This document shows positions 21,690-34,100 of a DNA stretch of 64,000 nucleotides, one piece after another. Under the pieces are notes generated by a model that had not been told where the DNA came from, did no database searches, and was given only the letters and a program-made list of their open reading frames with translations. The DNA comes from Macrostomum lignano (taxonomy: Eukaryota), in the NCBI GenBank assembly GCA_002269645.1, contig NIVC01000512.1, positions 296,753-360,752 on the forward strand, in the 5' to 3' direction. A program made the position numbers and the translations under genes. The first letter of the stretch is position 1, and every line of letters starts with the position of its first letter.

Positions 21690-24600
21690 ATGACTTGTCA
21701 AAGCCGCCTCACGCCACTGCTGCTGCTGCTGCTGCTGGCTTGTCTGGCAGCGAACAGCCAGGCTCAGATTCCGACTCAGTGCCGGTCGGACGCCTACCCG
21801 CCGCCTGCCGATTCCGAGATCGATTGGGTTGATGTCGACCTTGACGAGGCTCCCCTCACCCGCTGGCGCAACGTGGTGGCCCACCGCGGGCCCCAGCTGC
21901 GCGCCCTCATCGCCCAGTTCAGGATCTTCGTGCGCAACATGACCGGCTCCGAACTGCTCATCAATCTGGTGGACAAAGACCTGACGCCGCTGGCGCACAC
22001 TCTGCCGCAGCCTTTCCGCGACGAGATTGTCGGCATCGCCAATATGACCGGCATTCCGCTGGGCGAGGTCACTCTCTACAACATCTTCTACGAGATCTTC
22101 ACCGTGTGCACTTCTATCGTGGCTGAGGATCAGAAAGTGAGCACATTTCTGCTTTCTGCTTTCAGTTTCTGGGAAGGGGTTTTAGAGTTTTTCATGATCG
22201 GTGCCAAAATTTTCAAGTTCCCAAGCTAGCACCTCTGATGGGACTTGTAGTTAACTAGCGTTGATATGCATATAATATATGTGTGCTTCAAAAGATACTT
22301 TTATCAAATGTTTTAAATGGGTTTCCCTCCAGCTAGGGGGGCAGGTGAGGAGGCAAGCTAGGAAGCTGAGGCGAGGAGGCAAAGGGGAGCTGAGGCGAGG
22401 CGAGACAAGGTTGAGCTTCATTCTCACTGAACGCAAGTATATATATAATTTCTACAATGCACTTCATTGGTGTTCGCTTCACACAAAAGGATCTTTTACT
22501 GCCGAATTAAGGTCAATTCACATGAAAACTTGGAATAAATAATGCCAATCTCGAATTTTATTGCGAATCACTATGATTTGCATTCTAAGATCCAATGCTA
22601 AGAATAGGATATAATTCTGGGTGCTCACAGACATTTTAATGATCACTCAGTGCATTTTGAAACACTCGGACCATTAGGGAGTCCTTTACCACGCTCGCAA
22701 TCTGGACTTCGGCCTGTTCCTCGGCTGGGACCTCGCCAACAGCACCTGGCTCATCACCGAGTACCTCCGTCCGGCCATTGTGAACATCCGGTTCAAGAAG
22801 TCCGGCCAGACGGTGTTCATGTCGACCAACTTTGCCGGCTATGTTGGCATTCTGACCGCCCTGAAGCCGGGCAGGTTCAGCCTCACCATGAACGAGAGAT
22901 TCAACGCTGACGGCGGCTACATCGGCGTTATCGAATGGATTCTGGGCAAGCGGGACGCCGTCTGGATGGGCTTCCTGACTCGCAGCGTCATGGAGACGGC
23001 CGACAGCTACGCCCAGGCCAAGCAGATGCTGACGGGCACCAAGATGCTGGCACCGGCCTACTTCATCTTGGGTGGCAACAGCACTATGCAGGTTCGGAAA
23101 GTAATTGTTCAACTGGTTGCCACAATCTATCCTGTATCGTGATATGGGTTCGAGGCTGCTGAATCCGTTTATTTAAATTCGTCTTTTTGAATAAGAAAGT
23201 TTATGAAAGAATGATAAACGTACCGTACAGGTTGGCAATGGCAACGATGTATCTCGCAAGCTATTACATTTGACAGCAAAGCTCCATGGGCAATTTGGTT
23301 GGTATAACTTTTGTCGCGCCATGTGGAACAGTGGGCATGCAACACGGAATGGCCCATTAGAGTTCTATGCCCAAGCGTTTGAATTAACTCGAGAAAGTAA
23401 GCCATGATAACTCAGTTTGTCACGCAATATGGAACGATGAGACAGAATAGAAGAGGAACAGTTTGAGTTTTATTTACAGAAAAAATAGAAACTGGCATTC
23501 AATAAAGCATATTTTAAGTCCCAAATCGAAAGCATCAAAATTTACGAGAGGTCAACTTTTTAAACAGATGTCGCTGCAAACACGGTTCAAACAATCTGTT
23601 GCAGCGCAACTCCCAGCCAGCGCACTTGTCAACAGCCTCTCGCTCGAGTAACATGAATCCCCACTGTGCATGCGTCACTCCCTCAAGATTCTTGCTGAAG
23701 TTCTGTTCCAATGGTTCTCTGGGATCTTCGTACCCTACGGTGGAAATTTGTGCCATCCATAAAAAACCCTGTTTCCGTTAGGGTCCAGATGATCAGTCTG
23801 CTAAGTGGCAGCTTCCAAACCTGCCGGCTTGTTTCAATGTTGACCGAACGCGGTGAACAGAATAATTGGATACTCTTAAAAGCACTGATACCCTTCATCA
23901 ACAGCCCACGTAGTGCAAGGCGGTGACGATACGCTGTCGATCGCGTACTGAAATTTCTGGACCCATTAGAGCTTAAATCGATTAACCGATAGAAAATGAA
24001 AGCATCTTGTTGTCTCTGTGAAAAGCTCAAACCGTTCTTTATATGTATATGGCTTTCTTTCTCGAGTTAATTCAAACGCTTGGCCATGGAACTCCAGTGG
24101 ACCATTCCGTTTTGCATGCCCAAGTTGAGAACTAACAAAGCTGATGATGAAATACGGAAGCACCTTTAGCAGCTTATGCAAGTGAATCCCTTTGCAAATT
24201 TAAAACAGATTTGTGCTGATGTCTATGGCCGAATTATCAACTTGCTTGTCTTTTTTCCGCCTATGTCTATGCCTTAACTGTCAACTTGGCTGACACAAGC
24301 CAATCCAAAGTGAGAATCCTGCCTACGCTGACTGCGAAGGGCCTGGCTGCGTGCAGCCTTAGTCTATGGGCCATAGACAATAAAGGACAAGCAAAGTGAT
24401 AAAAAGCCATCCAATATGAGAATCGATTGGTCTATGCGTCGTATTCTTTTATTTTTATACCTTCTGAGCCATATGACTAGCCAATAGCTTGAACGGAATA
24501 ACGGAAACAGGAACACACTGGATGATGTCTTTTTAAAACTTTGCTTGTCCTTTATAGTCTATGGCTCATAGACTAGGCTGGACGCAGCCCGGCCCTTCGT

Positions 24601-25133
24601 ATTCAGCGTAGGCAGGATTCTCACATTGGATGGCTTTTTATCACTTTGCTTGTCCTTTATTGTCTATGGCCCATAGACTAAGGCTGCACGCAGCCAGGCC
24701 CTTCGCAGTCAGCGTAGGCAGGATTCTCACTTTGGATGGCTTTATTCTCAGTTAGGCTGACAAAACCAATACTGTCCTCTGCATGAGCTGCCCCATCACA
24801 CTCCATAAAAAGGGCTGCATCATCACCCGGTCCCGAGACGACGCCATCGACGTGTGGGAGCGCTCGGCGGCCGCCAACCACACCTGGTACCTGCTGCAGA
24901 CCAACTACGATCACTGGAAGCCGCCGTTTGTGCTTGACGACAGGCGAACCCCCGGCAACAAGTGCATGATGGCCAAGGGTCAGGCTAGCATGGGGTTCAA
25001 GGAGATCTTCAATGTGCTGAGCTCGATTCCTGTGCTCAACAAGCTCACAACTTACACGGCTCTGATGCGGGTGGACACGGGAGAGTATCACAGCTACCGC
25101 CAGACCTGCAAGGACCCGTGCGCGCCCTGGTAG
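21690..25133 (+). CDS. ASAH1: Acid ceramidase paralog B, 393 aa; exons 21690-22136, 22678-23091, 24813-25133
   Basis: Signal peptide, [50 protein letters not shown] phase 0 introns at the same positions as in paralog A. Confidence 0.95.
23334..24120. mobile_element. Element bounded by ~70-bp imperfect inverted repeats (23334-23403 and 24052-24120)
   Basis: ggcatgcaacacggaatggcccattagagttctatgcccaagcgtttgaattaactcgagaaag recurs as a reverse complement with a few mismatches. Confidence 0.6.
24298..24740. mobile_element. Foldback/MITE-like element with ~125-bp near-perfect inverted arms
   Basis: 24298-24424 is the near-exact reverse complement of 24614-24740. Internal partial copies and GTCTATGG/CCATAGAC motifs are present. 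Confidence 0.8.
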
Positions 25134-26065
25134 CCCCTTGCCTCTTCTTTAATGGCGCAAGCTGCCTTACGGGACGCTATCTCAATAAATCAAAGTTCGA
25201 AGCACTTTCCAATAGTATGCAAGCGATCCGTTACAATATAATTTAATCAGATAAATTTATCCCGAATGCCTTCCGGTTGTTTACTGGCCTAATATTTTTC
25301 CGAACTCGCGCTTCAATTTTCATTTTAATTTGGTAAAAAGTTCGGAGAGAATAAACGGGAAACCGGCAGAATCTATAATTATATTTTGAACAAATTGTCG
25401 AAAATTATTCTTTTGCGCCAAATTTATTATGTGAAATAAACTTTACGTGAGAAATGATTTTCGTTAACAAAAAAGTTCGTTAGTCTTATGCAGTTTTATT
25501 TGAGTTCTAAAAAAGGGTAACCTACTAATCGGGCTAACCTTGGCTACCTACCTTTTATTTAGGAAAGCTGAACCAATTCCAGTTGGCTTTCCCAAGCGTA
25601 GCTAGCAAAGTATTCATAAATATCAACGTGCACTCCAGACATACAAAGTAACCAGAAATCCGTCTGTAAGTGTCTCGATTCACCTACCGTTTTTATTTCT
25701 GCTGATAAACTACTTTATTAGGGTTTGTCTGAAAGCAAACTTATATGTATGGATATGAACCCCGCGTTTGCTTGATGTGATGTAGGTCCCATGCGTCTAA
25801 GACTGTACCATTGTAGAGTACCTACGACTCTAGGTAACTAACTAGCTAGATGCGTGCTTGAACGAGAGCCCTTCATTTGGAATACAGCATTTTGGCTTTA
25901 TCTGCAACTGGTTCCATACATATCTGTAGGCTAAGTGCCACTTGGCTTCTTGTCTCGAACTTATTAGCTGTAGCAAATCTCTTAAGTAAGATTCTGGGTA
26001 GTTATGAGAATAATGATGAAGGCACAAGAAAAACTTCGGCAGGTATTTACTCTTACTCCTACTCC

Positions 26066-27150
26066 TAGATGATGCAGGTACCTATAGACCTGCTGCAGTT
26101 TCTGAATAGATGATGCAGGTACCTAGAGACCTGTTGCAGTTTCTGAGATGCAGGTACCTAGAGACCTGCTGCAGTTTCTGAATAGATGATGCAGGTACCT
26201 ATAGACCTGCTGCAGTTTCTGAATAGATGATGCAGGTACCTAGAGACCTGCTGCAGTTTCTGAATAGATGATGCAGGTACCTATAGACCTGCTGCAGTTT
26301 CTGAATAGATGATGCAGGTACCTAGAGACCTGCTGCAGTTTCTGAATAGATGATGCAGGTACCTAGAGACCTGCTGCCGTTTCTGAATAGATGATGCAGG
26401 TACCTATAGACCTGCTGCAGTTTCTGAATAGATGATGCAGGTACCTAGAGACCTGTTGCAGTTTCTGAGATGCAGGTACCTAGAGACCTGCTGCAGTTTC
26501 TGAATAGATGATGCAGGTACCTAGAGACCTGCTGCAGTTTCTGAATAGATGATGCAGGTACCTAGAGACCTGCTGCAGTTTCTGAATAGATGATGCAGGT
26601 ACCTAGAGACCTGCTGCCGTTTCTGAATAGATGATGCAGGTACCTATAGACCTGCTGCAGTTTCTGAATAGATGATGCAGGTACCTAGAGACCTGCTGCC
26701 GTTTCTGAATAGATGATGCAGGTACCTATAGACCTGCTGCAGTTTCTGAATAGATGATGCAGGTACCTAGAGACCAGTTGCAGTTTCTGAGATGCAGGTA
26801 CCTAGAGACCTGCTGCAGTTTCTGAATAGATGATGCAGGTACCTAGAGACCTGCTGCAGTTTCTGAATAGATGATGCAGGTACCTAGAGACCTGCTGCCG
26901 TTTCTGAATAGATGATGCAGGTACCTATAGACCTGCTGCAGTTTCTGAATAGATGATGCAGGTACCTAGAGACCTGTTGCAGTTTCTGAGATGCAGGTAC
27001 CTAGAGACCTGCTGCAGTTTCTGAATAGATGATGCAGGTACCTATAGACCTGCTGCAGTTTCTGAATAGATGATGCAGGTACTTATAGACCTGCTGCAGT
27101 TTCTGAATAGATGATGCAGGTACCTAGAGGCCTGGTTGCAGTTTCTGAAG
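26066..27150. repeat. 41-bp minisatellite (gatgatgcaggtacctagagacctgctgcagtttctgaata), ~27 copies with shorter variants
   Basis: Direct inspection. Each unit has an internal GCAGGT...ACCTGC stem. Confidence 0.96.
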
Positions 27151-28120
27151 TTCCTTTCTATGTGTCTGTCGTTCTTGAACGCACTTGATGTGTATCCATG
27201 CCCAATCTGCAGTTTAGGGACACTTTGGAGACCTAGCCAATAGTTTTCGACATTGGAAGCTGCAGTGACTCACAAGTTCCTTCTTGCTAGTACCGCCACA
27301 TTCGGTCAAGAAAGTGGATCGGCCTAGCTGCGTAAACACTCTAGGACTGGAAGGCGGCGTATTTTTTGTTCCCATTTTTAGTCCCATTATTAAAGAATCC
27401 TGCATCTATTAGTGTCGGTGAATTGGTATACATTGTGAAGTTAAATCGGGATTGGCATCGTCTGGCATTCCGGAGCTTCTAAAGCGTACGAAAGCGACAT
27501 TTCACTGTCGATCTTGATCTATGCGGATTTGGGCAGCCGCGTCATCCACTCGGACCCAGACTGGCCAGCCGGCCGTGTTTAACCTTTCCGCAGTCGGCGG
27601 CAGACTGGACAGCGCAACACCCGAGGCCAAGATGAATCGAGAGGCGTGTCCAAGGCGGGGGGTTGCAGACTTTTCGGGGGAATTTTCCTGCCTTCTTTTA
27701 GAAGGATTGGCGCGAGTTGACACAACACTGTACGCGCTGCGCATATGCGACTGCTGTATGCTGCTTTGCGAAAGAATCGCCAAGCAAAAAGGAAGCATCG
27801 ATGCGACGCTTCAGCATGACTAAAATTGCGGAAACTCTGCAGCACCAATCCCTGCTCGCGGGAGGGCGGGTTGATGGAGGCAGCTGTAGGCCTGGGTTTC
27901 GTGTCGGGAAGAGGCGCAATTGTTGCTAGAGCCCTTTCGTACCTTGGCCTTCCCAATCCAATCCTAGCGAAACCATTACTTAATTCTGTCTCTGCCCTTC
28001 ATCCTGTCTCTGATCTAGCAATTCTGATTTCTTTTTGCCTATAGCGTCATCGTCTGTTCCAGCAGATTGCCCTTCATGAGCCACTAACTAACTCTCTTGC
28101 TGCTTTGAAGTACCAGTCGG

Positions 28121-31100
28121 ATGGAGCCAACTCCCAAGCCGATTTGTCAGCTGATCGCTGGCAAGACCGTGTGCAGCTACCACGGCTCGCTTCTGCTTAC
28201 CCAGCTGCTGCTCAACATTACAACGCCGCGACAGTCGGCCGCGGTCACCCCGGCCATCAGGGGCGAGCATGGCAAAGAGAATCACGTCGATTTAGTGGAC
28301 GACCTCAGTAGCTACATCGGGCGTGAGCTGGGTTCTGGTGAATCGCTGCATTTTTGGGCCTGCATAGCACCAGAATGATTTATGTTGAATGAGCCTTCAA
28401 GCAAGTTTAGATGATTTACTAGCAATCTGGCGCCCAATAAGCGAGAGACAAAAATTATTTATGAGAATCCTTTAAAATGAGAGCACATTTTCTGTAAAGC
28501 ATTCCTATTTCCGTTTAAAAAATCACCTTTTCGAGTAAAATTGTTCAAAGAATGGGATAAAATTTTAGGAATAACTACATGTAGCTCGTAGATTCTGACC
28601 TCTCAGCCTCGATATCTCAGCATTTCCCCCAGTAAGCCTCGACATCTCAAAATCCCCCCAGTAAGCCTCGACATCTCAGCAATTCCCCCAGTAAGCCTCG
28701 ACATCTCAGCAATTCCCCCAGTAAGCCTCGACATCTCAGCAATTCCCCCAGTAAGCCTCGACATCTCAGCAATTCCCCCAGTAAGCCTCGATATCTCAGC
28801 AATTCCCCCAGTAAGCCTCGACATCTCAGCAATTCCCCCAGTAAGCCTCGACATCTCAGCAATTCCCCCAGTAAGCCTCGACGTCTCAGCAATTTCCCCA
28901 GTAAGCCTCGATATCTCAGCAATTTCCCCAGTAAGCCTCGATATCTCAGCAATTCCCCCAGTAAGCCTTGACCTCTCAGCAATTCCCCCAGTAAGCCTCG
29001 ATATCTCAGCAATTCCCCCAGTAAGCCTTGACCTCTCAGCAATTCTCCAAGTAAGCAATGACGTCTCGGCAATTTTCCTAGTGAGCCTAGACGGATAGCC
29101 TAATTTATTTAGCATCGGGGGTCACGTTACTGATAGATTAAGGATCAAGTGACCCAGCAAACTAGTCAATAGTCTGAGGGTCTTTTAGTGCAACTCCAGT
29201 ACAGCTGATCTTATTTTTGTCTTTCTTGGTTCAGTACCAGCTGTGCAAAGCCACTCGATACTCGATAGGGAGAAGATACCAGGGATGCCGCAGGTCAAAG
29301 ACCGAACCATTTCTCGACGATATTGTCTGCGCATTCCAGGCAATCCCAACTCTGGAGGCGGACGGTCGGCTGGCGGAAAACCAATCAGCTTCACGACGAA
29401 CACTGAGGTGACTTTTGGGTGATGATAGGGGTGGAGGGAGGAGGAACGACAAGAAAGTTGAGGCTTAAATCTACCTGTCCAAGTGTTAGCCAGTTTCATA
29501 AGGCATCCTAGGGGAGCCATGTGCTACTGCCACTCCAACTGTATCCTTCTATCGATGCTGGAGTCCCGTTCCAGCAACCCACCTTTCCCTAATTGATGCG
29601 CTTAGCCCCAGTGAAAAGTCTAAGAAATTGTCCTTCCTTCGATGCTGGCCATTAACAAGTAGCTAAAACACGTAGCTTTCATGTAATTTTTTTGTTGTAA
29701 ACAACTTTTGCGTCTTTCTAGCCGGCCCTGACGACTCCTAGCTCGCGGATGTACATTACTCCCATGGTGCGCAGGGGAGAAAAGGTAAACTGCTTCACTT
29801 CTGGGACTGTAAAATAACGTGTAACTTAGTTGCAATTTTCTCACCTGAATTCGCAGGGTGACACAGGTGCACCGGGACCTCCGGGCGTGTGTCCGGACTG
29901 CCGACAGTTAGATTTCAAAGGAGATCCGGTGAGCCCATCTCTGCCAGGTGTCTGAATGAAGCAATCCGTTCACAACAAGCAATTCTCTGTTGCATAACTT
30001 TTGCAGGGACCGCCTGGACCAAGAGGACCACCCGGATGGAAGGTAAAACTAGTGCTCAATTTATAGGGCAGCTGAAGCAGAAGGCCGATGCACTCACAAT
30101 TCGTGCGAATTCTGCTGGGGGAGTTTTCAGTTAATTAGCACTGAGTTCTCAACATCTCAACCTAACGGTGCACTCGCAAGTTTATCAAGTTAGTTTCTCA
30201 TTAATTTCTATTGAAGACAATCCTTGCAAAATTCGTAAAATCCTTGCAAAATTTGCAAACTGCATTTCGAGCGGTGCCGCTCTCCGATAGATATTTGAAA
30301 CTTTTCTTCATAAACTTGTGAAACAACCTTGTCAAACTGGCTTGTAAAGTTTCGAGCTAGTGATGAAGTTTCGAGCTTGTGAATTTTCGAGCTTGTAAAG
30401 TTTCGAACTTGTGATGAAGTTTCGAGCTTGTAAAGTTTCGAGCTTGTGGAGTTTCGAGCTTGTGAAGTTTCGAGCTTGTGAAGTTTCGAGCTTGTGATGA
30501 AGTTTCGAGCTTGTGGAGTTTCGAGCTTGTGAAGTTTCGAGCTAGTGATGAAGTTTCGAGCTTGTGAAGTTTCGAGCTTGTAAAGTTTCGAGCTTGTGGA
30601 GTTTCGAGCTTGTGAAGTTTCGAGCTTGTGATGAAGTTTCGAGCTTGTGAAGTTTCGAGCTTGTGAAGTTTCGAGCTTGTGATGAAGTTTCGAGCTTGTG
30701 AAGTTTCGAGCTTGTAAAGTTTCGAGCTTGTAAAGTTTCGAGCTTGTCAAGTTTCGAACTTGTGATGAAGTTTCGAGCTTGTAAAGTTTCGAGCTTGTGA
30801 AGTTTCGAGCTTGTAAAGTTTCGAGCTTGTGAAGTTTCGAGCTTATAAAGTTTCGAGCTTGTAAAGTTTCGAGCTTGTGAAGTTTCGAGCTTGTGAAGTT
30901 TCAAGCTTGTGAAGTTTCGAGCTTGTGATGAAGTTTCGAGCTTGTGAAGTTTCAAGCTTGTGAAGTTTCAAGCTTGTGAAGTTTCGAGCTTGTGAAACGC
31001 CCATGGCCGAAACACGCACTTACTCTATTTGCAATTCCAGATGTTGAAATATTTTCAATTCAGTATTTAGCAGCGAAATATGCACTATTTGCCACTGCAG

Positions 31101-34100
31101 CACCTTCTGCTCCACTTTGAAGTATGTTCAAAATCTACTTTAGAAATTTAACTACTAACCATTCTACTACTGCTACTTAAACGCAGTAGACAGTGCAGAG
31201 TTTTTTAGTGTTCAGAATGCAGTCACATAGAGCAGCTGGCATTCTCCACAGGGCGAGCCAGGCACAGACGGGCAGCGGGGTCCTCCAGGGACCTGCCAGC
31301 CCGAGCAGTGCCTCGCCGCCTCTGCTGGTCTCAAAGGCGTCTCGGCGATTCGTAAACTCGTGCGCGAGGAGCTGCAGGTGACCGCGAACGGGCCCAAGGG
31401 CGACAAAGGTGAACCAGGCTATTGTGGATCTTGCGGCGGTAGGACGGTGCCGTCAGGACGGACAGCTGCTGGTGCCAGTGGACAGGCGCTGGCTTCAACT
31501 AGCGTGGTAATGCAATTATGTCGCAAGTCTGCTTTTAAAACCCCTCATTATGGAACTCACTGCGATTACTGCTTTGACTCAGCACAGTTAGCTTTGTAAC
31601 TTGGTCTAAACTTACTCACCCTTTCCAAATTGCCTACCACACATTGCTCTCAATTGTGCCGATGTACACACACAGCTTATACCTCTTGGGACTTCACCTC
31701 GCTCCGACTAGTCCCAATGTACGCAGTAACCTCTACCCCCTCGAGAATCCACCTCGCTTCGACTAGTCCCAATGTACACAGTAACCTCTACCCCTCGAGA
31801 ATCCACCTCGCTCCGACTAGCCCCAATGTACACAGTTACCTCTATCCCCTCGGGAATCCACCTCACTCCGATTAGCCCCAATGTACGCAGTAGCCTCTAC
31901 CCCTCGAGAATCCACCTCGCTCCGACTAGCCCCAATGTACGCAGTGAATCAAATTGAATTATAGCTATGACTGCTCACTTCATTAGTTTTTTCAAGCTTA
32001 AACCTTGTGGGAAATAAAAAAATTCAAAAACAAATTTCAGCGCGTCATCGCAACGTATCAAGCTTTCGAGGACATCGCCTACGCTTTCGAAGAAGGCACC
32101 CTGGTGTTCACGAAGGACGAGAAGATTTTGTATTTGAAAACCGACTACCAACTGAACCAATGGATTGAAGTCGCGAACTACATTGTAAGTTTCGCTGCAT
32201 CCAATGCTTACAGCTAATAAAGTACGAGTAATTGTTAACATATTACATATTTAAGAACGATTTTCATTCAAGGTGAAGCCGAAACTTCTGCTCGGGTTTC
32301 CGGTAATCCATTTTTTTAAACTTTGCCATTTAATTTTGCCTAGTCGAAGTTGGTACATGAAAAGTAGCGATTATTGCTGAATAATATATTTTAGACCACA
32401 ACGGCGAGTCCCAGGCTGCGCTCCATGGCGCCGCAGCTGTTCCTGCCCTACGTGGTATCTGGCAAGAAGGTCAGCATGCTTTCACCTTTGCTTTCAAGCG
32501 AGTTCAATTCTTTACAGCTAAATTTTCGTTACAATCTGGAGAATAGGTTCTGGTGAAAAGAAAAAATTCACTGAGGCAAATTTTTATCAGTAGGCACAAT
32601 AAACAAATACAAATTATCACAATTGCACTTTGCACTTTCTAATGTTAGCTTTGCAACATAGATACTTTAATAAATTAGGCACTTTACAACTTTACAATAG
32701 TAGACACACTATGACATTAGGGACTTTACAACAGTAGGCAAATTATAACATTAGGGTCTTTACAATAGAAGGCACATTATGACATTAGGGACTTTACAAT
32801 AGTAGACACATTATGACATTAGGCACTTTACAATAGTAGACACATTATGACATTAGGCACTTTACAATAGAAGGCACATTATGACATTAAGGACTTTACA
32901 GCAGTAGGCAAATTATAACAATAGGCACTTTACAACAATGGGCACGTTATACCGTTAGGAACATTGCAACATTACTCGTAGGCACAATAGGCACGTTAAG
33001 GTACTTTATACAATATTAAACACTTTTCAACGTTGAACACTGTAAAACTTCCGACACATGACCATAAAACTGACGAAATTTCATACTTTCAAATTTCTGC
33101 ACACCTCACTACTATCCAGACGCTGCAAAAACCCTAGGAAAAAATGTAAAACTCACGCTACTCTTTCCTCATTCCATATCAAGTTTAACTTCCAAGAAAT
33201 TTGGCCCCAACCCAACACCAGCTTCGCCTAGTGGCCTTGACAACCAAGCTCCGCGGCGACCTGTACTACAAGAACGCATTCAGCACCCTGGGAGCTGACT
33301 ACGCCTGCCAGGACGCAGCCATGTTGGCCGGCCTAACCAAGAGCTACTTCAAAGTGTTCCTGAACGGCCAGTTCAACAATCTGGACACAATCGTTCACTC
33401 TTCGCAGAGAGCCGATGTTCCCGTGGTGAATTTGTATGTAAGTTTCTGCAGGAGGGAGCGAGCTGGGGGCAGAGTTGCTCATTGGTGGAAAGCACTCATG
33501 CTCCAACCCGTTCACCATGCCAGGGTCAGCAGCTGTTCAGCAGCTACGCGGACATGCTCAGGCGTGGCGCCTGGAACAGCAAAGTGCAGCTTCAGGATTT
33601 CAACGGGCGCAACTTGTCGCAGTGGCGCGAGCATCACGGACTGTGAGCCGATTGAGAGATTCATTTAACTCTGCAATAGAAACCTACTCACATCAACTTC
33701 AAGTAACTCTAAACTGACTCTGACAAACTCCAACCGACTCTGACAAACTCCAACCGACTCTGACAAACTCCAACCGACTCTGACAAACTCCAACCGACTC
33801 TGACAAACTCCAACCGACTCTGACAAACTCCAACCGACTCTGACAAACTCCAACCGACTCTGACAAACTCCAACCGACTCTGACAAACTCCAACCGACTC
33901 TGACAAACTCCAACCGACTCTGACAAACTCCAACCGACTCTGACAAACTCCAACCGACTCTGACAAACTCCAACCGACTCTGACAAACTCCAACCGACTC
34001 TGACAAACTCCAACCGACTTTGACAAACTCCAACCGACTCTGACAAACTCCAACCGACTCTGACAAACTTCAACCGACTCTGACAAACTCCAACCGACTC

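Noticed and set aside
10032-25133. ASAH1 pair as a falsely duplicated haplotype
   Set aside because: Exon 1 is deeply diverged, introns and flanks are unrelated, and different genes neighbour each copy.
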